DNA of 63,515 nucleotides, filler included, from Octopus bimaculoides (Eukaryota): the NCBI RefSeq assembly GCF_001194135.2. It is 8 parts of 8 records of this genome, joined end to end, with 100 filler letters (N's around TTAATTAATTAA, not from the genome) between each part and the next. Parts side by side here need not be neighbours in the genome. Positions count along the whole stretch, not along the records: positions 29,236 to 59,289 come from NC_069005.1; 7 more parts are not named here. The stretch is one strand, 5' to 3'. This document shows positions 41,015 to 53,157 of the stretch, one piece after another. Both the position numbers and the translations under genes were made by a program. A model generated the notes under the pieces. It searched no databases, was not told where the DNA came from, and saw nothing but the letters and a program-made list of their open reading frames with translations. Numbering within the stretch: position 1 is the stretch's first letter; each line of letters opens with the position of its first letter.

Positions 41015-41229
41015 CTCATATGTATATATGATGGACTCTCCCGTCGGTTTTTATATGAGGTTCCGACAATGCACTTTTTCTTTGTCAGTCATAATACTTA
41101 AGTCGAATGTGACATTTAAGTCCCCCAAACGATTTGCAAAGAAGCCCACAGACGTCGCAAGTATGAGGATTACAGGTCAGCGCAGGTCGTATATTTGCAG
41201 CCGCTTTTCTCCTTTATCTTTGCACCCCG

Positions 41230-41533
41230 AAACCTATTAATGCTGGTTGCAACAAAGTTTTTAATACCATTTTGACGCAACGATCTCCATTTTGTTCGTA
41301 CCAAGGCTGTTCGTCCAAAAGCGTTGTGAGCAATCTTCATCTCTAAGCGGTTACTCTTCAGCTTGTCCTTATATCTGAGCTATGATCGACAAACATTCCT
41401 GTGCCCAATCTCGAGCTAGCTGTACATGAGGACTTTGGGTATTCTTTCGTCACTCATTCTGACGTCATGGCCAGCCCAGCGCAATTGTGATTGTATAAGG
41501 ACGCTCTCCATTCCACCAATCTCCATTCCACCG
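41230..41533 (-). mobile_element. RTE-clade LINE 3' coding remnant
   Basis: Minus-strand translation MESVLIQSQLRWAGHDVRMSDERIPKVLMYS*LEIGHR...RYKDKLK matches the RTE LRWAGHVxRM..R.PK motif. It contains stops. Confidence 0.8.
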
Positions 41534-42723
41534 GCATATATACATACATATATANNNNNNNNNNNNNNNNNNNNNNNNNNNNNNNNNNNNNNNNNNNNNN
41601 NNNNNNNNNNNNNNNNNNNNNNNNNNNNNNNNNNNNNNNNNNNNNNNNNNNNNNNNNNNNNNNNNNNNNNNNNNNNNNNNNNNNATATATATATATATAT
41701 ATATATATATATACTTTGCTACACCTTGGTATTTTATTGCAATTTTCCAATTCGTGTTTAAATCTCTATATCACTTTCACCCGCTTTCTCTAGCAAGCAA
41801 AGCTTTAACTCCCACTTCTAATCAGCTTCTTACTATTCAGAATCTCTTTCCCTGTTTATCTCTATACACCATGGTTCGTCGTCACCTCCGCTACATCATT
41901 ACATCATTACCACAACTAACAATTTCTATTTCTTACTGCATTTCAGTTACTTGTCTTAGTGTTGCACATTCAAACTGGTGAAGCTTTTCCCCGGTCAGGA
42001 TCAAACCAGCATCTATTTTACTGCAGAATTATTCTACAACATAAGATCACATCACCAACGACCATCCCAAAGACGTTTATTTTCAGAACTGAGAATAAAC
42101 AAAACTGTGTGAAATCTTGCTTTTGAATACGGTCTAACATCTTCCTGACATTAATAAAGTCATTTCCTTTTTTTATATACAATTTCTGTTTCCAGTTCCC
42201 TGGTATATTCATCAATCATTTCCTACTGTTTACTAATGTATTTCACTATTTCTTCTTTTTAACCCTTTGAAAACGAAAAACGGATATATCCGCTGAAAAT
42301 TTTATTACCATTAACTGCAGAAAGCGGTTTTACTCAAAAGCTATGAAAAAACACTTCTTCTGCTGAGAGAAGCGGAGACATCCCTAGTGATTCTTTTTAC
42401 AAAAGACAATTCTTCAGATTTTCTTAATTTTTTCATATATTTCACCGAAATATCACTTTCCAGGGCTAGAATCACATACTTTTAGTGGATACGCAAGCCG
42501 TACCTACTTTAGATACTGCCAAAGTATTGCAGATGCAAAAAATATCAATTCTAACTTGATTTCTTTGGCGGATAATTTACATAATTACGCGAATGATTAC
42601 GAAATTTAATTATGTAGTCAAAAGGTTGAAATGAGGCTAGTTTATTGCTCAACGCAATGCAGTGTGTCTAAGTTCGAATCACGTTGAGTTTAGTTTTCTG
42701 TATTGCACCTTGCCTGTCAAGAA

Positions 42724-42875
42724 CAGAGGTTCTCAAAGTGGGCAGTACTGCCCCCTTGAGGGCGGTACTGCCCCCTTGAAGGTGGTGGAAAGATCAGTGG
42801 AGATCATTGAAGAAAAGTGGGCGATAATGGGTTGACCAAAAGGAGGCGATGGATGTAAAAAAACATAATGGGTTG
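42724..42875 (+). mobile_element. hAT-type MITE fragment
   Basis: CAGAGGTTCTCAAAGTGGG terminus and an internal tandem duplication of GTACTGCCCCCTTGA. Confidence 0.55.
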
Positions 42876-43329
42876 ATTAGATTAACTTTTATTTGTGAAA
42901 TACAGTTGTTCTGAATTTGCTGCAGAAAGTGGTCTGTGTTTGTGGCGGTGAGTGAGGGGCGCTAGGAACGTGGCCCGGGTATCAGAGAGGCGACAGCCTG
43001 AAAAAGTTTGAGAATAAAGTACTTTGACTGCAATATTTTTTCTCTCCATCATCTGGAGAGACAGATTTTGATAAATTACCATCTCATTTATACAGCTCAT
43101 GGGCAATTTTTTAATTTAGGGTAAGTTTTTAAAAGCTATGTGTTATCTTTGGTGTACTAAGTACATAAATTGAAAGCTGAGATGCAACTAGGTGATGGTA
43201 AAAAGAAAAAAGACCTAATTTACATAGATTATAATGCGGAGTACTACAATAATGGGATGCAAGTTTTACCTTATGCATCATTATCTTAAAGTTTTTAAAA
43301 AATGACTTACACATCGAAAGGTTAAGACT

Positions 43330-43533
43330 TTAACCTTTTAGCATTCTGACTACTTTGTCAAATGTAATGTTTGTCTATGTGAACATTGTTTTTAATTAAT
43401 CCTTAGCTTCAAGATTTCAATGCTGCGGTTGTATATTTTCAGAATGACATTGTAGGGTAGCTACGAGAGGCAGAATCTGGTCAAGAAAGATTATTTGGTT
43501 CGGATATGGCTGCTTTCAATGCAAAAGGGTTAA
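43330..43533. mobile_element. piggyBac-like MITE with TTAA target duplication
   Basis: TTAA-CCTTTTAGCATT at the left end and AATGCAAAAGGG-TTAA at the right end. Confidence 0.8.
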
Positions 43534-43580
43534 CATAGATGACTAGGCAGTCAGACAGGTAAACTGATACACAATTCACA

Positions 43581-43641
<61 letters not shown>

Positions 43642-44128
43642 GGCGGAGAGTCAGTATCTAGGCTATTTCTGTTTAGCATAGCAATTTATATCAATACAAG
43701 TACATCATAATGTATCTCTAAACGAGTGCTAGATCTTTAACAGAGGCTTCTTGTTGCTCTATGTCTCCCTCATAGCTGTTACAGTCCGCCAGTTACATAG
43801 AGCTCTCTCCTTAGAATTAAAGAAATTATAGTGTCTTGGTACTAATTTTAGCATTTTAACAGATGGAAGTTACAGTCAGCTTATTTATAACAAGCAGTGG
43901 ATTGAACATGAGCAATCCAATCCAAGATATATGTTTTTATATATATAAATGTATATTGTTGTGTATTGGAAGGGTCATTAGGCCAATAATAACACACGCA
44001 TTGGATCAATATCACTTCTCTATTGTTCGTCATTTGGTTAAATATCTAACCAACTAACTAATTGATCATTTGTTTAATGTGTTTATTAGTCAAATTTCTT
44101 TCGTCTCTGTTCGTAACCTTCTCTGTAA

Positions 44129-44180
<52 letters not shown>

Positions 44181-44239
44181 CGGTGTGCTCTTCAAAAACG
44201 AATGTGTGTGTCTGTGTGTGTCTGTGTGTGTGTTTGTTT

Positions 44240-44460
44240 GTGTGTCTGTTTCACCCACCCCCGCTATCGCTTGATAACCGAAGCTGGTGTGGTTACATCC
44301 CCGTAACTTAGCGGTTCGGCAAGAGAGAACGATATAATAAGTACTAGGGTTACAAAGAATAAGTCCTGGGATCGATTTGCTCGACCAAAGGCGGTGCTCC
44401 CGCATGGTCGCAGTCAAATGACTGAAACAAGTAGAAGAATAAAAGAATAAAAGAATACAT
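44240..44460 (+). mobile_element. SINE family A, 3' half
   Basis: Matches the family A tail. Confidence 0.85.
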
Positions 44461-45263
44461 GTATATTATGTTCGGCTTTATGTTCCAACACATTCCATCA
44501 GACATAAGTGAGATCACAAAATCAAGTCCATATTTGTACAACAATATTACATGTTAAAAGTCACGGCGTAGTCTACACCTAACAGTGTTAGAAGCTCTAC
44601 TGGAGCCAACGAAGGAACTTAGACCTGCTAGAAATAACAGCCAAATCTTCCTCAAATCACACTCTAATGCCTTTTGAAGAAATTTAAAAAAGGCAGGAGA
44701 CAGACAATCTTAGATATACACGACGGGATGGTCATAACTGGAATATCTTTGATTGTAGCTTGATTGTAGGTCCGCCGATATACAACAATGTTGACGTGGA
44801 GGTCAACAACAAGAAGCACAACAACAAATGCAATGTTAGTAACGTTGTTAGTAAAGAGGGGGGGGTCTTGTTAGGGGTTTGTTGGGGGTGTTAATGACTT
44901 CTATTATATAGGAGGGGACATAGAATTTAATCGGTTTATCCCCTGGTCTTGAGCCTACCTATGACCAGAGGCATTCCAGTTCATCCCACGCTTCTCTTCC
45001 CAGACTGCATCATCGAATTTGTCTCTTTTTTCTTTTCTTTTTCTTTTTAGACGATAGGGTGTATTTTGATAAAGATTTGGCTGCTATTTCTAGCTGGTCA
45101 AGTGACCACATAAAGGTCCCTTCGTCGGCTCGCCTTACAACTTGGTACAACTATAGGTGCTACTGAACCGTGATACACGATGATGTTATTACTAGTATGA
45201 TGGTGTTACAACTAGTATGACTGACAACCATGAAAATATTGTTTGTACTAACGAGATACCAAC

Positions 45264-45269
45264 TTTATT
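45264..45269 (-). promoter_or_regulatory. Candidate polyadenylation signal of the minus-strand gene
   Basis: AATAAA on the minus strand about 830 nt downstream of the stop codon, followed by a GT-rich stretch. Confidence 0.35.
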
Positions 45270-46098
45270 TTGTGAACTTTCATGTCTTCAAATTCATTTC
45301 TTAGAATAGATTGTTCTTCGTGGTCTTCGACTAACGGATCCTCTTCCATTTTCAAAGAATATTTTTAGTACTTCCTACTAACCGACATTTTGTCTTCGTT
45401 GGGCTTTATAATCGTGCACCTTAATCTATATTTCCAATGAAATGTAGTTATAAATATCAACATCAGTTTTTTTTTTTTTAAATCGATTGGAAATGTTTTG
45501 TACTCTTCCATTTTTCTGTCGCCTTCGATCTTCGATCTCTTAAGATTTTAGTATTAGTATTACAAACGTTATCCTTAACCTCTCCATTGTTCTTCAAACC
45601 GTTGTTTTCCCCCTCTCCTTCTTACATCTGATATATAATTTATCTCTGTATTATACCTTTATACGGTTATCAATGTTTTTCATATCGTTTCTTTTCATTT
45701 TTTTTTTTTTTGTCTTACTTCGTTGTACTGATGTATTTATCTCTAATATAGCTATTTTTAGTTTTCCTTTTTCATTGGCATTCGTTCAAACATATATTCG
45801 TGTCTCTTGTTCTTTCAGTCCAAATTATATTTACTCTAAAGCATTATTTTTTTTTTTTTCCAATGCATATTTCTCTAATGCTTTCTTGTTTAAAAATCCA
45901 TAAATGTTGGGGCATTTGTAGTGTTAAGACCTTAATGTTGTGAATGTGTATGTGTGCGTGTTTGTGTATGTGTATGCGTGTATGCATGTGTGTGTATGTG
46001 AAGAAGTGTAGTTTTTACAAGTTGTGTGAGCCACGATTTGCTGTCGTGTATTGTAGCTACTGCTGTTTTGGAATACAATTCATAAATAATGTTTTATA

Positions 46099-47297
46099 CT
46101 ACACCTCCTCTTCTAGATCTATCTCTTCAAAGTCTCTGAAATCGTCAGGCCATGGAACAGAAGATACACCTGTAAGAAAGTTGTTCAATTCTCTCACATC
46201 GTATTTTCTTTCCTTCTCCGAACTTCCTTTACGACTGCTCGGAACACTGTCTGGCTCTTGCGATCCACGTTGCTCCAGAGAAGAATATTTTTCCTCAGTT
46301 GAATTATTGATCCTCTCAATGTCAGTGATTGGGCTGCCTTTACCTGAATCATACGAGGCTTTAGAACAGGAACAAATGTCTGGACAGGGCGATACAGAAA
46401 TTAATTCTACATTTCCATGACCAACATTTTTTACACTTGGACCCAAAATGTGTTTTAAATTTCGCAAAGAAAGACATTCTCCTTCCTCTTGGTCAGATGC
46501 TTGTTCTACAGTATGATAGGATTCACTTTTCGTGCTATCCGTGCCTGAATCAACATAGCTACCTAGGTCTGAATCATACGACAACTTTGAACCGTGCATT
46601 GGTTCTGCCGTATAAAAGGAATCAGAATCGGAGGCAATTTCGTCATCAAGTTCTTGAATAACCTTTTGATCATGGAAATCGTATAATGATTGGAAGCTAA
46701 CAGCTTTTGCTTTTGAGTCAGAAGCGCTTCTAACTTTTGTGTCATGAACAATCTTTGGTTCACAGATATCATCTTTGAGGCGGAAGGAAACACTTTTGGC
46801 TCTAACAATAGGAGTGAAATCTTCATTTGAATCGAGAATAACCTTTGGTTCAATGATGTCGTCCTCGGAACGGAAGTAAACATTTTTAGATTTTAAGTCG
46901 GGAGACATTGTTGCGATTAAATTAGTAGCAGAGTTTGATCTGTGTAAGGATTCTTGCGATGGAGTTGAATCAGATTTTGCGTTTAAATCAGCGTCGGGGC
47001 TGACATTCGAACTTTGAACAACTTGTTGAGAGACGTGTATTTTACGTGGTAAGAAATCGGTTTGCGTACTTGAGTCCACAGTGGGCATTTGACCGAGGCA
47101 AGGAATAATTTCTTCTACAGACGCATCATTTCTTGAGATGCAACAGCAAAAGAAAAAATTCATGAAACAATGACCGATCCTCGAGAAAAGGTTGATCAGA
47201 TAATCTCCCAAGTTGAGATTTTCGTCCGGAGGCTTTTCGAGCATTTTCAAAAGATAATCCAAGCACGGACGAAATATCAATAATACAATCAGTAAAA
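46099..47297 (-). CDS. Terminal coding exon of an uncharacterised membrane protein with a long acidic, Ser-rich tail
   Basis: An open, non-repetitive frame of about 398 codons. Acceptor TTCTACTTAATCAG at 47298 (phase 1) lies just after an in-frame stop. The exon begins with hydrophobic LLIVLLIFRPC. An alternative start is ATG at 47244. Confidence 0.85.
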
Positions 47298-47783
47298 CTG
47301 ATTAAGTAGAAGTAGCATGGATTAATTCATTTACAAAGGTTATCAAATGAACTGTTTCGAAATCTGAAATTTATGAATATAAAATATCAACCAGAATTCG
47401 CTTAGGAACGTCAATTCGAAATGTGAATGAATTGAAGTTTGAGGTTATTTCTCAAGCCAGACCCATCGCTACGTCATGTTCCACTTGTTGATTATGACGT
47501 AGTACGCACTGAAATTTTTAACACCTCCTTTGTCGCATCAAGGATACAGATTTACACAGAGACAAAACACTTCATCTCACGTTGCTCTGCGGTCACTTCG
47601 ACACCTGAGGCGTACCTGTTCGGGTACGTCGTCGGTTGGATGGAGGGAGAGTGAGCTAATGTGCAGCACAAACATTTGATCACAATAACCAAATCCTTTG
47701 TGCAGGTCGTTCGGCAAAAGCTGAAAGGAAATACATCGCCTTCGACGGGAGAGGCTATCATCATCCTCATCATCATTATTATT

Positions 47784-47821
<38 letters not shown>

Positions 47822-47826
47822 TCGAA

Positions 47827-48019
47827 GGCGGGGGAGCTGGCAGAATAGTTAGCACGCTGGGCAAAATGCTTACCGGTATTTCGCCCGTCGCTCCGATCAG
47901 AGTTCAAATTCCGCCGAGGTCGACTTTGCTTTCCATCGTTTCGGGGTCGTTAAATTAAGTAGCAGTGAAACACTGGGGTCGATGTAATCGACTCATCACC
48001 TCTGAAAATTTGTGGAAAA

Positions 48020-48020
<1 letters not shown>
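47827..48020 (+). mobile_element. SINE family B copy (intronic)
   Basis: Matches the consensus; flanked by (ATC)n and (TTA)n. Confidence 0.88.
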
Positions 48021-48061
<41 letters not shown>

Positions 48062-48349
48062 TATTTTTGTTTTGTATATGTACAAGTTGACTCCAAGTCT
48101 CACCCAGAGACCTCAAGAGACATCAAGTTAGAAGTTCATGTTGGTGTTATGCGTAGGCTGTCATATATTTGGTTTTTCACAGAGTATTGTTCTAGAGAAT
48201 GTTTAAGAAAACATAAGAAAATTATAAGTTAGTCTTTAAATTTGAGATTACGTAACAGCATTTTACGTAGAATATGAGCAGTTCCCATGAGCATTATCTT
48301 TTGAATTTCTGCTATTTTGAGGTTTCCTGCGTTAAAAGCTTTTTGTCGA

Positions 48350-48650
48350 AGAAATCCACCCGAGGACTTATCCTTTGAAAGCCTAGTACTTATTCTATCG
48401 GCCTTTTTCGACGAACCGCTAATTTACGGGGACGTAAACACACCAGTATCGGCTGTGATGCGATGGCGGGAGACGAGCTTCTTTCAGCTTTCGTCTACTA
48501 AATCCACAAACAAGGTTTTGATTTGCCTGGATTTGTCTAACAAGGCTTTGATTTAATATAATAGAAAACACGTGTCCAAGGTGTTAGTTGCTGAAACTGA
48601 ACCCGGTACCGTGAGGTTGGAAAGGGAACTTTCCACCATACAGCCACGCA
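48350..48650 (-). mobile_element. SINE family A, degenerate (intronic)
   Basis: Family A motifs on the minus strand. Confidence 0.75.
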
Positions 48651-48840
48651 TGCGTCATGACATTTACATCTATATATTTACATAGGAGTATGTTTTTCTG
48701 TTCTGTGAAACGAACCCTGGTCTACTACGAACTATGAAAGCGCAACGTACTTCTTGGTGCCTCGCTTAATGTTCGCACGAAATCGAAAGTGATGTCTACT
48801 TACTTCAGACAGATTCAAATTACATAGATAGATGGATGGG

Positions 48841-48905
<65 letters not shown>

Positions 48906-48944
48906 TAACGGATTAGTGATGAGGATTTTGAGCTCATGATATGG

Positions 48945-48976
<32 letters not shown>

Positions 48977-49046
48977 ATANNNNNNNNNNNNNNNNNNNNN
49001 NNNNNNNNNNNNNNNNNNNNNNNNNNNNNNNNNNNNNNNNNNNNNN

Positions 49047-49080
<34 letters not shown>

Positions 49081-49290
49081 GTGTGCATGTGTGTGTGTGT
49101 CTATGTATTTATGTATGTATGCATGTATATATATATATAAAGATATAGATATATATGGATGTATATGTGTGCATATATGTATGTATATATTTATGTATGT
49201 ACACACAAGCAGACATATGTGTGTTTACAAATACCATATATAGATTTACGTTTATATTCATATACACACAGATGTCTGTTTATCTCTGTG

Positions 49291-49337
<47 letters not shown>

Positions 49338-49428
49338 ATGTGTATGTGTGTAAGTATATAAGCATATATGAGTGTCTATATATAAGTATATGCATATGCA
49401 TATATATATATGTGTGTGTATGTGTGTG

Positions 49429-49460
<32 letters not shown>

Positions 49461-49478
49461 CGTGTGTTTGTATGCATG

Positions 49479-49509
<31 letters not shown>

Positions 49510-49720
49510 GTCTGTATGCATTTATGTATGTATGTATGTATGTATGTATGTATGTATGTATGGAGGTATGTATGGAGGTATGGAAGTATGTATGTATGCG
49601 AACACAAGCACACGCTTGCATGCGCTCGTACAATAGATTTTCCTTAGTAAAATGGCTTATGCTGTTGCTGCTATCAAATCGTCTGTCAGCTTAGGAGCGT
49701 ACCTACTTGGAGGTACTTAC

Positions 49721-49811
49721 CAAATGACTTTGGCACAGGAATAATATCTTCAATTTCTTTGGAAAGTTGTAAACCAGACATAAGAAAAAAAGTTCCTCCA
49801 ATAACTAACGT
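49721..49811 (-). CDS. Internal coding exon of the minus-strand membrane-protein gene
   Basis: Acceptor GGTTCTTCAG at 49812 and donor GTAAGT at 49720. The 91 nt encode TLVIGGTFFLMSGLQLSKEIEDIIPVPKSF plus 1 nt, which joins the terminal exon in frame (...PKSF-V-LLIVLLIF...). Confidence 0.75.
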
Positions 49812-50081
49812 CTGAAGAACCACACACACACGCACTCACACACACAAATGCATACACATATATGCACGCACATATACATACATACACTACACATATTCAC
49901 AAAGAGTTATATGCAAACATGTACGCATGTATGTGAGTGTACATACTTTATAAGTGTGAATTTACATGTGTGGATATATGTACAAATATATATATATATA
50001 TATATATATACCCCTACACACACGAATACATGCATATGTGATATATATATATATACACACACACAATATATATATCATATA

Positions 50082-50112
<31 letters not shown>

Positions 50113-50123
50113 AGGTGTTTATT

Positions 50124-50176
<53 letters not shown>

Positions 50177-50256
50177 ATATTTATGCACACATACACATAA
50201 CATATTCGCGTGTTAGGTATATTTATATGTACGTGTATGGACAGATATATTATTTT

Positions 50257-50434
50257 CTACTCTAGGCACAGCGCCCGAAATTTAGATCCACCCCAATACG
50301 CAACTGGTACTTAATTTATCGATCCTGAAAGGACGAAAGGCAAATTCGACCTCGACGGAATTTGAACGCAAACGCAAAAGAAATACCGCTAAGCATTTAG
50401 CCCGGCGTGCTAACGTTTCTGCCAGCTCGCCGCC
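50257..50434 (-). mobile_element. SINE family B copy
   Basis: Matches the consensus. Confidence 0.85.
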
Positions 50435-50533
50435 ATGTCTGCACAGATATATTATACTATATGTACGTAGACACATATACATACGCATTCATTAAACTTC
50501 TATTTATCTACCCTACACATATTGAGTTAGTTT

Positions 50534-50566
<33 letters not shown>

Positions 50567-50859
50567 CATACATACACACACCATTGTAGGAGAATTTTAT
50601 ATTTTCATTTATTTATTTATTTATATTAATGTGTGATTATTTTGGCTTTTGTTTGTTTTATGATTTCGTTATTTGTCTTCTTTCTTGGCACTCTTTTCTT
50701 CTTTTTTTTTTTGTTTGTTTTGTTTGGCATCGTCTCTACATTACATGACTCTATTTTTTACCTTTTTACTCTTGTTGTTTATATTGTCAGATCTTACTCT
50801 TAAGTCTACTCTGTGAGGCTACGTGTGTAGGATGTATATGCATATGAATATATATATAT

Positions 50860-50914
<55 letters not shown>

Positions 50915-51230
50915 NNNNNNNNNNNNNNNNNNNNNNNNNNNNNNNNNNNNNNNNNNNNNNNNNNNNNNNNNNNNNNNNNNNNNNNNNNNNNNNNNNNNNN
51001 NNNNNNNNNNNNNNNNNNNNNNNNNNNNNNNNNNNNNNNNNNNNNNNNNNNNNNNNNNNNNNNNNNNNNNNNNNNNNNNNNNNNNNNNNNNNNNNNNNNN
51101 NNNNNNNNNNNNNNNNNNNNNNNNNNNNNNNNNNNNNNNNNNNNNNNNNNNNNNNNNNNNNNNNNNNNNNNNNNNNNNNNNNNNNNNNNNNNNNNNNNNN
51201 NNNNNNNNNNNNNNNNNNNNNNNNNNNNNN

Positions 51231-51267
<37 letters not shown>

Positions 51268-51344
51268 GAGAGAGGGAGAGAGAGATGGGTAGATACATAC
51301 ATATATAATACACTATATGCATATACATATATAGAGAAATATAT

Positions 51345-51375
<31 letters not shown>

Positions 51376-51617
51376 AATGTGCATGTGTGTGTGTGTGAGT
51401 GTCCGTGTGTGTGGTTTTTTCTCTATTTGTATTCAGTGACATATTTTAGTGTAACTATAACGTCTCGTCTCGTCTCGTCCCGTCTCGTTACGAGATTTGC
51501 GGCGTAGCGATTTGCTTGTCTCTGTCTTATGTCTCTGTATTAGATTCCTGTCGGTTTAATCCCTGAACCGAAATGTGTTTTTAAAGAGAAGTCGTCTGTC
51601 TTTCCTTCTGCCTCCAC

Positions 51618-51657
51618 CAGATGATTCAGCAGACATTGCAAAAAAGATGCTGTGAAG
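51618..51657 (-). CDS. Candidate 40-nt exon (FTASFLQCLLNHL) of the minus-strand gene
   Basis: Strong acceptor T8-CCCCAG, weak donor GTGGAG; phase 2 to phase 0 fits the next exon. Confidence 0.25.
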
Positions 51658-51729
51658 CTGGGGAAAAAAAAGATACTAGCGAAATTAACGTAAATCTAAT
51701 TAAAAGATAGACTGTAAAAAGAATAGATG

Positions 51730-51770
<41 letters not shown>

Positions 51771-52192
51771 TACGATAGATTCAATATAATGAGGGGTAAA
51801 CGTAATATATTGTATTATGGAAAGGCATTTTAAAAAGCTTATTTAAAAACCTTTTTATTGTCTCGCTTGCATGTCTTGACAATAATTTTCATTAAAGTCA
51901 ATGATAATGATATTTTTTTCTCTATTACAACTGTACAATGTTATTTAAATTAACATTATCCCTCCCACAACACACACACAACAAATATTCCGCAACAACC
52001 TTTTCCAGCTACTGCTTCTCCGAATGTCCTGAAGGAGAGGTCTTCACCCCGAAATATAGAAATACGAGGTAAAACTGTAACTTCTGTTTCCTTTTCAATT
52101 TGTAGTTTAGTTTGTACCTTCTCGCATTGTTCCGGCTTCATACATTTACATTCCTTAAAGTTGTACCTCACAATGCTTCACCAAAGCTACAT

Positions 52193-52230
<38 letters not shown>

Positions 52231-52986
52231 NNNNNNNNNNNNNNNNNNNNNNNNNNNNNNNNNNNNNNNNNNNNNNNNNNNNNNNNNNNNNNNNNNNNNN
52301 NNNNNNNNNNNNNNNNNNNNNNNNNNNNNNNNNNNNNNNNNNNNNNNNNNNNNNNNNNNNNNNNNNNNNNNNNNNNNNNNNNNNNNNNNNNNNNNNNNNN
52401 NNNNNNNNNNNNNNNNNNNNNNNNNNNNNNNNNNNNNNNNNNNNNNNNNNNNNNNNNNNNNNNNNNNNNNNNNNNNNNNNNNNNNNNNNNNNNNNNNNNN
52501 NNNNNNNNNNNNNNNNNNNNNNNNNNNNNNNNNNNNNNNNNNNNNNNNNNNNNNNNNNNNNNNNNNNNNNNNNNNNNNNNNNNNNNNNNNNNNNNNNNNN
52601 NNNNNNNNNNNNNNNNNNNNNNNNNNNNNNNNNNNNNNNNNNNNNNNNNNNNNNNNNNNNNNNNNNNNNNNNNNNNNNNNNNNNNNNNNNNNNNNNNNNN
52701 NNNNNNNNNNNNNNNNNNNNNNNNNNNNNNNNNNNNNNNNNNNNNNNNNNNNNNNNNNNNNNNNNNNNNNNNNNNNNNNNNNNNNNNNNNNNNNNNNNNN
52801 NNNNNNNNNNNNNNNNNNNNNNNNNNNNNNNNNNNNNNNNNNTTTTTTGTCTCGATTTTTTATAAACCAATTTTGTTATTTTTGTTATTTCCATTGGTTT
52901 TAAGTAAAAGAGATGTTTTCGTTTCGATTCCTTTTTATCCATTTCTATATTTCTTTGAAATATTTTTTTGTCTACGAAAATGTCAC

Positions 52987-53008
52987 CTGATGTCTTCCAT
53001 CTCCACAG
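52987..53008 (-). CDS. Candidate 22-nt micro-exon (VEMEDI) of the minus-strand gene
   Basis: Acceptor GTTTCTTCCAG and donor GTGACA; phase 1 to phase 2 fits the candidate exon at 51657. Confidence 0.25.
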
Positions 53009-53157
53009 CTGGAAGAAACGTACGCATGTCAAGTGTTGCTACATTCGCTTTTATATAACATTATACAAATAAAACAAAACATAAATATATCAGTGTGTGC
53101 GTGTACACTGATATATATATATGCATTTTATATATAGTTTATGTAGTATATATGTAT

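Noticed and set aside
49721-49811. Gapless resemblance of TLVIGGTFFLM...EDIIPV to the M2-M3 region of Cys-loop receptors
   Set aside because: The conserved M2-M3 loop Pro is missing, the following hydrophobic segment is short, there is no convincing M4 and no ligand-binding exons were found. Probably coincidental.
51956-52171. 71-aa minus-strand ORF inside the candidate gene region
   Set aside because: No splice-site pair gives a phase compatible with the 49811 exon, and no motif is recognisable.
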